This document shows positions 1-10,377 of a DNA stretch of 64,000 bases, piece by piece; the stretch's first letter is position 1; the number at the start of each line of letters is the position of its first letter. Made by a program: the position numbers and the translations under genes. The notes beneath the pieces are model-generated. The model saw only the letters and a list, made by a program, of their open reading frames with translations. It had not been told where the DNA came from and did no database searches. Source of the stretch: Naegleria gruberi (lineage: Eukaryota); the NCBI GenBank assembly GCA_000004985.1, contig GG738849.1. One strand, written 5' to 3'.

Positions 1-1800
1 AAATGGTACAGTTGCTGACAAGATGTTTTCTCCACATATTGGTGTTGAACATTGTTGAGAAAAACTCTCCTGAATACTTGTTGTAAATTCAAAAAATGCA
101 ATGAAATACACATCACGATACAGTGATCTTCCAGGCGAGAAGGTATCTGTCATTCTCAACTCTTTTCCATCCAAAAAAGTAGTATTTGATGAAAATTTGT
201 AAGAAATTAACATTATCAATCTATTGGATGAGTATGGCATGAGTTCAATAAAAACTCTATTAGATAACAAAGTGCTGCGTAAATGTGAATTTTTCTCTTC
301 CATTCTGTCAATATCAATCATATAAATCATGGCTTTTGGTCTATCCAAATAGTACAAATGGCCATCATCTGAGAATTCTGCTGCATTTCCTATTTGGTAA
401 GTGTGTCTGGTTACATTAATATTCAAAAGTCGTTTCTCCTTCAAATCAAATGAAAAGATCATACTACCAGGTCCAGGATCCAATGATACATTTCCAATAG
501 TGCCACTATAAAAACCATATCCATAGAGTTTTCCATTGTAAACTCTTGCTCTATTGATACCCATTCTCGGTGGGCTTTCCGATAATGTATCATAGAATCG
601 TGTACTATTTAAATTGATAATTGATGAGAAATTTACAGAAATAATCCCAATTCTCGAAAGAGAAGAGCTAGCATAGTCTAACTTGAACACGTAAAATGCA
701 GCCATAATTCCACTCTGGATCTCATCATAGGAAATTCCATTAATTTTCAAATTGGCTCTACTACCAAATGCTGAAAACATTAAATAATTATCAATAACAC
801 GTAGGTAATCAAAATATGGACAAGCTTCATAAACACATTCCAAATTCAAATCAAATAAATGATTAACAGTAAAACTAGGTTCATTATACTCATATTGGAA
901 TACTGTAACAATAGGAGCATATTTAACTTGAGAATAGACTGGATTAGTTGTAAGATTCATTCTAGTTTCATATGTTGATCTTTCTCTGTGAATAATCAAG
1001 TAATTTTCATAGAGAGTAATTATATTCTTATACGTTTGTTTTCTACTCAATCTATAATCCAAGGATGATGATATAAAGGTATCATTGCCAATTTTAATTG
1101 ACATGAATACCAACTGTTTATACTCTATAGTTTCCCTAGGAAATGAAAAAAATATGACATTATCTTTCTGTATGAAACTTGGATCTCCCAATAATTCATT
1201 TGTAATATTTGTCTTGGCATGCCATGTTATACGTCCAGTGGAAATATCAAAAGTACCAACTACAAGTGTAGATGCCAAATTTGATGTCTTGGCAGCATCT
1301 AGAATACTCTCACATCCAATCTTTAAGTGATTCATTCTACTCATAAATGTTAAAAACACAATTTCATTACTATTCAATTTGTTAACTTGAAAAAGTATGG
1401 GTTGATCATTTCTCAAATAATATCTAAATGATCCCATTGCCGAAAGTTTATATTCATTATCATAAGCAGCCTGTTGATGATCACTATTTAATAAATTAGT
1501 TAATTCCACTTTTAATTTTGCTTTCAAATTATCCTCATGATGATGATGTAAATGATTGTTGATAGAATTAATATTGGCCGATAATGTACAATTTACAATA
1601 CCAAAACTTTCAAAAGTTAAAAGAATAAGTATGGTTGTGATGAAAATTATTAATAAATTAATTATCCTTCTTTTATGTTGATGTGTTGATGATAATAGAT
1701 TTAATATATTATTATTATTAATATTATTATTACTATTATTAATATTACTATTATTACTCCATGAATGTAGTAGTAATTGTTGCTGTTGTAGATTGGACAT
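1..1800 (-). CDS. N-terminally anchored membrane glycoprotein-like protein, partial (3' end beyond window start)
   Basis: Continuous minus-strand reading frame from ATG at 1798-1800 (MSNLQQQQLLLHSWSNN..., poly-Asn run, single hydrophobic segment LLIIFITTILILLTF, then >500 aa with many N-x-S/T sites) with no stop down to position 1. It is absent from the ORF track only because it runs off the window edge. No recognisable family. Confidence 0.5.
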   Translation of the reverse strand, partial: MSNLQQQQLLLHSWSNNSNINNSNNNINNNNILNLLSSTHQHKRRIINLLIIFITTILILLTFESFGIVNCTLSANINSINNHLHHHHEDNLKAKLKVELTNLLNSDHQQAAYDNEYKLSAMGSFRYYLRNDQPILFQVNKLNSNEIVFLTFMSRMNHLKIGCESILDAAKTSNLASTLVVGTFDISTGRITWHAKTNITNELLGDPSFIQKDNVIFFSFPRETIEYKQLVFMSIKIGNDTFISSSLDYRLSRKQTYKNIITLYENYLIIHRERSTYETRMNLTTNPVYSQVKYAPIVTVFQYEYNEPSFTVNHLFDLNLECVYEACPYFDYLRVIDNYLMFSAFGSRANLKINGISYDEIQSGIMAAFYVFKLDYASSSLSRIGIISVNFSSIINLNSTRFYDTLSESPPRMGINRARVYNGKLYGYGFYSGTIGNVSLDPGPGSMIFSFDLKEKRLLNINVTRHTYQIGNAAEFSDDGHLYYLDRPKAMIYMIDIDRMEEKNSHLRSTLLSNRVFIELMPYSSNRLIMLISYKFSSNTTFLDGKELRMTDTFSPGRSLYRDVYFIAFFEFTTSIQESFSQQCSTPICGENILSATVPF

Positions 1801-2084
1801 TTTCCTCGAATTTTAAATTCCAATCAAGTTAAAAATTATTATAGTAATCGGAGTGATAATGTTTAGATTCAATTTTTTACAGGTTGAATTGAAACTTTGA
1901 TAAAAGTATTGAGACAAGGTGGTATTAGATAACAAAATATACTTTATTGAAAAAGAAATCAAGTTAGCAAAAAGTTTGTGAGCCTGTTAGAAAATTAAAT
2001 CAGCTTGAATCGAATATATAGTTTGGATTGAAATACTCATTTTCTTTACTGTACACTTGTGTAAAATTTGGAATGTAGACGAGG

Positions 2085-3616
2085 TTACTTCGTCGTATGC
2101 TTAATGACCACCCAAATTACTGCTAATACTAAAACAAAAAGGGAAATTAATTTTAAAAGATCTGCATTTTTGGTTCCACTTACTTCATTCTTTGATGAAC
2201 GATTTTCAACAGTTGACTTGGGGTTTGTTCTGTCAAATTTTGAGTTTTTAGAATCTTCTTGCTTGGAGTTGCAGGATGAAGGTTTTTCTTGACTTGTCAA
2301 AATTTCATCTTCTGAAGTTGGTGAATCTATTTGATTGTATGGAGTTTGAGATTGTAATCTATTACGTGAACTGTTCAAATGGAAACCTCTTCCAATAACG
2401 AAACCACCACTCACACGACCAATTGAATGACCAGCACTGTATAAGGATTTTTGTTTGTTTTCAGGATTGTTTGCTGCAGTGGATGTAGACATACTCTTTG
2501 CTTGTTCATCCTTGATAATTTCAGATTCAACTTGCTCCAATGAGAGAGGAGGTAATAAATCTGAGGCAGTAACCATATGGGCAGGATTTGAAAGTGGAGA
2601 CAGCAACTTTGGCAAGGAAGGAGAGAATGAAGGAGAATTCAATGAAGGAGATGAAGGTGGAGAGAATGAAGTAAATCTGACTTGAGTTTTAAGTGCTTTG
2701 AGGACTGACTTTTTGATATTTTCCTTCTCGTTATACTTTTTAACACCTCTGTTGGCTTGATATTCAATTGTTGTTGTCTTGTCAATTTCTACACTCTGCA
2801 AAATCTTTCTAATTTTTCTCATTACAAATTGAATATGCTTTCTGTCAAGCATGCATCCGTTCCAAATTTGAATTGCATCATAAGGTCTTTCTACTACTCA
2901 ATACAATACCACTCACTTCATACTTGTCAGTAAAATGTTTTTCTCCTATAATTGCCAATACAATTTCATTCCATGTTTCCTTTCTCGTCTCCTTGTGATG
3001 TGTTTGAATTACCCAACGACCACCTTCAATATTCTAAAGTTTCATATTAAAAAATTGGCGAAATAATTGATATTAGAATATTGGAAAAGGATGATTGTTT
3101 TCAACTTACCCTTGGATCTTCGTAGAGTGGTTTTATGTGTGATTTGAACAATCTAATATTGAGATAGGAAGGCATCTTGTTGTATGATAGATTGATATTA
3201 TTCCAATATCTCCAAAACTCTTCAATAGTATCAAATGCTCCAACTTGTTTGATAGATTGTTCATAATCTTCAGGTGAGGCTCCTTGTTTGAAACCTTGAT
3301 CATAGTAAATAGTCCACTTATTTCTGAGAAGATGTGTTGAACTCAATGGAGATTGATCTCCTAAATTATCATCAACGAGATCCTCTTCATCTGTATCTTG
3401 TGCTTCATCATCACTATAAAGTAATGATGGTGAAGAGGAAGGCTGAAGTACATCAGGAGTGGTTATTCTTTGGAAGTGTTCATCAGAATACAATTGTGAA
3501 TCATCTTCCTCGTCATGTTCTAACATTTCAAACCATGACTTTGGTGATGTTGGTGTTGATATTGTACTACCATTGAGTTTGGGAGAAGAAAGACCAACCT
3601 CAACTCTTTCCTTCAA
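2085..3616 (-). CDS. EIF4E: eIF4E-family cap-binding protein with long C-terminal extension; 2 exons plus an apparent +1 frameshift
   Basis: ORF 3101..3616 carries the eIF4E core (WTIYYDQ..., FDTIEEFWRYWNNI, SYLNIRLFKSHIKPLYEDPR). A GTAAGT donor at 3104-3109 and an acceptor ending at 3034 give a 76-nt intron. The next exon continues NIEGGRWVIQ...IIGEKHFTDKYEVSGIVLSSR. The frame then breaks at an A-run near 2910-2915 and resumes in ORF 2085..2852 (PYDAIQIWN...TIEYQAN). Removing one A restores SSRRPYDAIQIW. The C-terminal ~180 aa are Ser/Pro-rich and end in a hydrophobic stretch (LISLFVLVLAVIWVVI-KHTTK). The first start is a TTG, so the true ATG is unresolved. Confidence 0.7.
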
Positions 3617-4532
3617 TTGTTTTTTCTATTAACATGATTATTAAATAACGGAACATTGGTAGATGAAATTATCAATTATTATTTTGTTTCATCAAATCGA
3701 ACCATAAAGGTCATGGATGGAATATCAATATCCACAAGAAGAAGCAGAATATAATATTCAATATCATACAAGAGTTTCAAATCAGCAAACTACTCCTACA
3801 ATACCGAAGGTGTAGTCATTTGCTTATTTTATTTGTATGTGTAATGATGATAGTGAAAATGAAGATAAAAAAAGGTGACTCGGTTTCAAACTCCTATTCA
3901 GTGTTGTTCCTAGCCAAAAAGTTCTGTTGCTGTTGTTGATGATATGAAGAAGAAGCAAAATTTGAAGAAGAAAACTCTCTATGTCTTGACTCGTTCTTTT
4001 TCTTTTTTATCGGATGAAAAAAGAAAACTACAAGAGTTTAATGATCAGCAATAAGAAAAACTTTGATTATTTTGTGTATTTTACTAAATTATAATCGAGA
4101 TTGTTGTAATCATCACCATTTTGTGTGGAAAAAGAGATATAATCCATTGTTATTGTAGTGAAGGGAATAATGACGAGAAAGTATATTGAGGGTAAATCAT
4201 GCTGAATAACATTACTCAACAACCAACTCACTCTACTATAACATTAAGACAGTCAGCTAAAACGATATACAGTGTAATGTGAGCACTTTACTGTAATAAG
4301 CTAGATACAGGAGCGAAAATGTCCATGACTATTTTAATCATGTCCTTGTTGAATCTTTTGTGGTGTAAAAAATAAACTTGGCCATGGTGTGTTGTAGGTG
4401 GTGACACAACCGTATTGAAATTTTGAAGATTACATTCTATTCCTATTAGCTTTTATTCGAAATGATCTTTCAATAATTTGAATTTTCAAATAAAATCCAA
4501 AATTCAATTAAAAAATCAAAAAATCAAAAAAA

Positions 4533-6383
4533 ATGCAAAGAATCACAGAAAGAACTAACTTTATCACCCGAGACATTGATGTAGTCGGAGATGTTGATGG
4601 TATGGTTCGTTTACTCCGAACAAGTGATGCACAAATGTTTTGTGGATATGAAGATTTTCCATCATGTTTTGATGAGGATTGTTTGGGTGCTTTGGAAAAA
4701 ATTTCCCTCCGAATGAAACTCTGTATGCAAGATAGATTAAATGGAGTGAGAGGAAGTGTTGTTATGAGTGGTTGTGGAACAAGTGGTAGAATTGCCTATT
4801 TTTGTTCAAAGAATTATAATTATTGTTTTAGAAAAGTATTTTCTGATAGGATTGATAATGATGAATGCTTTCAATTTATTATTGCTGGTGGAGTGAATGC
4901 TCTTGTTTCACCACAGGAAGCTGCTGAGGATAAACCAGATATTGGAGCAAGAGATTTGGTAAATGTCATTTCGAATACTAAAACTGAGAGAGGATTATTT
5001 ATTGGTATTACTTGTGGATTTTCTGCTGGTTATGTAGCTGGTCAAGTGATGCAATTGAGTGAGGATAAGAGTCTTGGTTTTGATTCTGTTTTATTTGGGT
5101 TTAATCCAAAGGAGTTGGCTAGGGATAGTCCAATTGAAGGATGGAGGGATGGAAATATTTCTTTCAAGGACGTAATTGAAAATGTGGAAAAGAACCAATC
5201 GAGAGAGGATGAATTTTTCTTTTTGAATCCAATTGTTGGACCAGAATCTATCACGGGTTCTACAAGAATGAAGGGTGGAAGTGCAACCAAATTTCTGCTT
5301 GATGTTGCCTTCTCTTCAGCCATTATGAGTATTCTGGATGAAAAGAAGAAGATTAGAGACAATATCATTCAAGTACTCTCTGGTTTTGAGCATACTGTGA
5401 GAAGTACATATGATTTTTCTAGTAATACCTTTTCAACAAATAGTCTCAAATCCATTACTCCAACCATTGAAATGGCAGCAAATAGTTTAAAGAATGGTAA
5501 CCTAGATGAAAGAAACGAGGATCAAATGGGCCATATTTATTACATTGGTGCTGAAAATGCTGGAATTTTGGGATTTATTGATTCTTCAGAGTGTGTACCA
5601 ACTTATGGTGCTCATCCTAATGATGTTAGAGGATTTATCAAAAAGGGATGGAACGATGTCTTTACCCATCACAATCAAGATATCAATAGTGATTTTGAAC
5701 AAAAGGGATCAAGTTTTGGCATTTCCTATGATTTCTTCAAACAAAATATTTTACATACAGTCAATTCTAGGGATTCGGTCTTCTTTTTGGCAATTGAACA
5801 ATGTATAGATGAAGAAACTCTTGCTGACATGAAGGAAATCCTAAATACGGTCAAGGAAAGAGGGGCCTCTGTCTGCTGGATTCTTGTAACCACAAAAGGT
5901 AATAATTCATTGTACCAGACCGTATCTGAATTGGGATCCCCAATATTGCACCATGCGCTTGACTCGCTTGGTCCAGTACCTTTCTTATATGGTTATGCAG
6001 AGCTTAGTATGAAACTTTTTTTGAATGCCATTACAACTGGTGCTCACGTATTGAAGGGTATGACATTTGGAAATAGAATGATCAATCTCAAAGTTAGTAA
6101 TAACAAACTATTTTATAGGGCTATTAATATTGTCAGTTCGATAATGAATGTAACTGAAGAGCTTGCAGAGAAATGTGTATTGAGAGCCATCTACAATGAT
6201 TCAACTCCAGAAAGTAACCTCGTCTCACTTCACATTAGTCATGCTATCAAGATGAATAAGGTAGTTCCTGTTGCCCTCTTGCTTGCTTCTTCAGGTGGTA
6301 CCTTGACTGTGGAACAAGCTAGAGAAATGTTAGCCAAAGACCCGGTGGTTAGGCAAGTAATTCTAAAGGAAAAGAAGAATTAA
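4533..6383 (+). CDS. GCKR: Glucokinase regulatory protein-like (GCKR/MurQ family, tandem SIS domains)
   Basis: 616-aa single-exon ORF. Motifs match GCKR: GCGTSGRIAYF, FNPKELARDSPIEGW, GPESITGSTRMKGGSATKFLLD, SNNKLFYRAI, and the C-terminal VPVALLLASSGGTLTVEQAREMLA. Confidence 0.8.
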   Translation: MQRITERTNFITRDIDVVGDVDGMVRLLRTSDAQMFCGYEDFPSCFDEDCLGALEKISLRMKLCMQDRLNGVRGSVVMSGCGTSGRIAYFCSKNYNYCFRKVFSDRIDNDECFQFIIAGGVNALVSPQEAAEDKPDIGARDLVNVISNTKTERGLFIGITCGFSAGYVAGQVMQLSEDKSLGFDSVLFGFNPKELARDSPIEGWRDGNISFKDVIENVEKNQSREDEFFFLNPIVGPESITGSTRMKGGSATKFLLDVAFSSAIMSILDEKKKIRDNIIQVLSGFEHTVRSTYDFSSNTFSTNSLKSITPTIEMAANSLKNGNLDERNEDQMGHIYYIGAENAGILGFIDSSECVPTYGAHPNDVRGFIKKGWNDVFTHHNQDINSDFEQKGSSFGISYDFFKQNILHTVNSRDSVFFLAIEQCIDEETLADMKEILNTVKERGASVCWILVTTKGNNSLYQTVSELGSPILHHALDSLGPVPFLYGYAELSMKLFLNAITTGAHVLKGMTFGNRMINLKVSNNKLFYRAINIVSSIMNVTEELAEKCVLRAIYNDSTPESNLVSLHISHAIKMNKVVPVALLLASSGGTLTVEQAREMLAKDPVVRQVILKEKKN

Positions 6384-9300
6384 TTGTCATCTGCAAGTGA
6401 AGTAGTAGAAATTAAAGAAACATCACTATCATCTTCTTGATCTACATTTTGGAAAATCTCTGAAATACTCATTTGTTGTCTCTTGTATTTTTCTCCAAGT
6501 GTATGTAGAGATCTTTCAAAATCAAGTCTCAATTTCTGCTCAACTTCAGAGAACTTATCGAGTGCTTCCTCTTCCAAGGTTGCTAATTTGGAGAAAGCTA
6601 CCTTTTGGTTATTGAGTTGTAGATCTTTGAGGAGGGTCAACTCTCCTTTCAACTTAACAATCTTGCCACGTACTTCAGGTAGTAATGAAGTCAAAGATTG
6701 AATATTGCGCTTCAATTGAAGATTTTCTTTCTCAATCTTTTCAATAAGTGATTTGTCGCTACTATTTCTATCAGTTTTTATCTTGACTTGACTTCTCAAA
6801 TCTTCAATCATGAGTTCATAGTAGTGGGCCTTGCTTTGAGTTTCATCTAGTTCTCTTCTTAAGCTTTGGTTTGAAGTATTTAACTCTGACACTCTTGACA
6901 TGGTATAATCTGAAGGAAGAGAGGAAGCATTCAATTTTCTCAACTCTTGTTCTCCTTGTTCGTAATCTTTGAGCATTTCATCCCTCTCTTTTTGGAGCAT
7001 ATTCAAGTTCTTTGTCAATATGATCATTTCCTTTTCTTGTTGTTTCAAATTTTCTTTCAAGGATTTAATCTCCTCATTACGTTGTTCAACTTGTTGTCTG
7101 AGCTTATCATTTTCTGCTTCCTTTTCTCCCAAAAAGTTATTGTTTTGTTTTGATAGTCTGTGGAGTTTGAGTTTCAAGTCTTCAATTTCTTGATTTCTCT
7201 CTGATAACAACTCCTCCAATTCGGATACATGGGTTGTTTTGTCCTTCTCATATCTTGATCTAAGCTCATTAACTTGTAAGGAGTGTAAGTCTCGTAAATC
7301 GGCTATCTTGGATTCTGCTGTTGATTCAACTTCTTTCAAGTTTTTAGCAAAATCTCCCTTCAAAGTCTCCATTTCTTTTAACAGCTTGTCACACCTGCCC
7401 TTCAATGATTCGTTCAAAACCTCAAGAGATTCAATTTGTTTTTTCAAATTTTCAATATTTTGAATATAGGAGATGTTCTTCTCCTTGGATGTCTCAATTT
7501 CTTGAGTGAGTGATTCATTCTTCTTCTTCAAAGAATCACAACTAATGTTGAGAGAATCTTTGATTTGTTGGAGATTTCCATTCTGTTCCTTGAGTGATTG
7601 ATTAAGTTTCTCTATAGAATCAATAGTACGAGTTTGATGTTCAATATCTTTCTTGAGCGAATCATTGGTTTGTTTGAGAGTTTCATTTGATTGGGTTGCA
7701 AAGTCAAGATTCGTTTTCAATTCGCCATTGTTTTTCTTCAAATTTTCAATATTCTCCTTCAGGTCTTCAATACTATTCTTTAGCGATTCATTTGTTTGTT
7801 TGAGGGTTTCTCCCATATGTCTTTGCTTTTCTCCTTCCAATTTAGCAATCTCTTTAGTGTGCTCTCTGACTTCTTCCAATTCTTTTTGAACCAGTCTTGT
7901 TTCAGCCTCCTTCTTTTCAATTTGTCTCTTGGATTCCAACTGAGAAAGTTTCAACTCATCAATAAATTGATCCTTTTCGAACATAATCTTCTTTTGCTCC
8001 TTAATTGTTGCCTTGTATGTTGAGATGTCCAGTTCTTGTTCTTCAACTTGTCTTTGGAGTTCTGAAATAATTTTCTGCTTGTCATTAATGGCTTTTTCAA
8101 CATCCCTAACCCGTGATTCTGTATCAGTTGAAGTATTTTTGATCATTTCCAATTCTCTCTCCACAGCTCTCTTTGATCTTTCTAGAGTTGAGAGGTTTTC
8201 CATACATCTTTCAATTTCTTCCTCCTTCTCCTTCAATCTTTCTTGCCATTCTGTAAGTTGTAAGGAGAATGTTGAAGTATCTTTTTCTTTCTTTCCCTTT
8301 ACATTCTCTAACACAAGTTCTAATTCTTCAATTCTTGAAATAGTGTTATGGTTTTCAGATGTCAACCTTTCTATTTGAGATTTAAGTTGAGTAATTAATG
8401 AGGATTTGGATTCATCTTCTTCCTTCAATTCCTCAATTTCTCTGAGCAATTTAGTGCATTTAATTCCTAAATCTCTATGCTCTTTTGACAATTCCTCGTA
8501 TTCTTGTTGTTTTTCTTCAACTTCTTTCTTAAATTGTTTAAGCTTGTCATTTCTGTCTCTATTTTCTTGCTCCAAGCTCTCAACATTATTTCCCTTTGAT
8601 TCAATTATTTCCTTATACTTTTCAATAACAGATTGCTTTTCTTGGATCACTTTGGATAAACTTTCAGACTCTTGTTGAGCCTTTCTTACAGATTCTTTAA
8701 AATTTTCTTTGATTTCTTCCACTTCAGCAGCAAGAATTTCCTTCTCTTTTTGATACAATTTTTGGCTAGAAGAAGTTTCCAACTTGACCTTGTGGAGTTG
8801 TAACAGTTCTTGAGAGAGCAAGTCATTATTGGCCTGTGTTGTCTTTACCTTTTCTCTCAAGTTTGAATTCAACTTGGCTAATTCATCGCACATATCAACT
8901 ATTGCTTTAAATTTCAAAGATTGTGAGCTTGGTGATAATGTTCCAATCTTTTGCTTGAATAAAGAACTCTTTTCCAAATAGGTGCTATCGTGAATTGATA
9001 ACTCTATTTCGTGTAGGACTTTCTTGCTCAAATCAAGCTCCTTGGTCAGGGATTGGTTCATATTAATAGTGTTTCCTAGATTTTCCTCTAATTTTCTCTC
9101 TCTTTCTATCGATTCCTTTAACAATTGCTTCAACTTCTCCACGTCAGCACTTTTGATTCTGAAAAGAGCAGCCTCTTCCTTAGATTCCATAATCTCTTTT
9201 TCCCTTGCATCGTGAGTTTCTTTCAATCGCTGAATTTGAGCTCCCAGTTGTGTAATATGATTCTTAAGATCATCAATTTCTTTTTGATATTCTCCAGACA

Positions 9301-10265
9301 TTTTTTTTCTAATTCTACTTCTTTCCTTTTCAATAATTTTCTCAATCATCTTTTGAGTAATTTCGGTATCTTCTTCCTGATTCTTGGTCATTTGCTCAAT
9401 TGCTTTTTGAAGTCTTACTATATCCTCTTCTGCCGAAAAGAGTGTCTTTGATACTCTATCCTTTTCTTTTGATACATTCTCTAGTTCAGATTCTTTTTGT
9501 TCCAGCTCTCTCTTTGCAAAATCTCTTTCGCTTTCTAGAATTTTACTTTTTCTTTCGGCATCGATCTTGTCTGTAATATGTTTTTCTATTTGTGAATTCT
9601 TATCTGAAACTATTTTATCGAGTTTGGATTCTAAGTAATTCAAAGTTTCTAAAAAGTTCTTTTGATCAGTCGCAGAGTTTCCATAAGAGCCTTGTTTTAA
9701 AACAGTCAAATATCTTTTGATTGTATACAAGGTATAGTCTTCGGAAACCAAAGGTTCTTCTGATATGAAAGTTAGAATTCTACTCTAATGAAATAATATA
9801 TTACTTACCCTCCTTTGGTGATAACAGCAAAGGCGATTGATGACTTGCAATGCTCCTTGAAGCAGTACTTTGGAGATCTTTCAATTCGCGAGTTAGACCC
9901 TCAATTTCCTTCTTTTGTTGTTTGATTTTCTTTTTGAGTTTGTCTTCATCCTTAGAATTCGAACCACTACTACCACTGGATTTTGTTGAACTCTCCAATG
10001 AAGAGGTTAATGTATTTAATTTTGATTTTAATTTTGAAAGTCGTTCGCTATTATAATTGCTGTATTTAGAGTCTATAAAAGAAACAACTTTTGATGCAGG
10101 ATTGTGTTCCATTACCTTAACATCCTCAATTACACCTTGGTCCGTTACTCTAACACTTGTTGAGGCCACCTTCTTTCCACCATGATAAAAGTGATGGTGT
10201 TCGTGGGTGACTTGGTGAGGGTTTTCGCCCATTTTTTTATTTTTATTTAAAATTTTAAGCGGCAT
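6380..10265 (-). CDS. Long coiled-coil protein (~1,280 aa), 2 exons
   Basis: ORF 9801..10265 (N-terminus MPLKILNK..., Ser-rich) is joined to the 1123-aa ORF 6380..9751 by a 49-nt phase-1 intron at 9760..9808 (GTAAGTAATAT...TCAG on the minus strand). The ORF-track start of the large ORF is a TTG. The body is a near-continuous heptad-like E/K/L/Q-rich coiled coil with no motor or other domain visible. Confidence 0.6.
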
Positions 10266-10377
10266 TTGTAAATTTTTGGAGGGAATTTAAATTGAATACA
10301 AATGGCGGGAGTTCAAAATTTTATTATCAAACCATCGTTCGCTTCCAACAATAATATTCTCATATTTTCTATTGTAA

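Noticed and set aside
1681-1760. AT-rich trinucleotide-like repeat (attattatt / aatattatt) that could look like a microsatellite or CRISPR-like array
   Set aside because: It lies inside the minus-strand coding frame and simply encodes a poly-Asn/Ser/Ile stretch (NNSNINNSNNNINNNNI). There are no spacers or direct-repeat structure.
2888-2935. Tried to explain the eIF4E frame break with a mini-intron starting at GTGAGT
   Set aside because: An intron there would be under 30 nt, and no acceptor gives the conserved RPYDAIQIW continuation. A 1-nt indel fits exactly.
6483-9451. Eight plus-strand ORFs (62-121 aa) inside the coiled-coil gene
   Set aside because: They are antisense to a long, well-supported minus-strand coding region and are Ser/Phe/Leu-rich low complexity. 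That is the expected mirror image of an E/K/L-rich coiled coil, so they are not genes.
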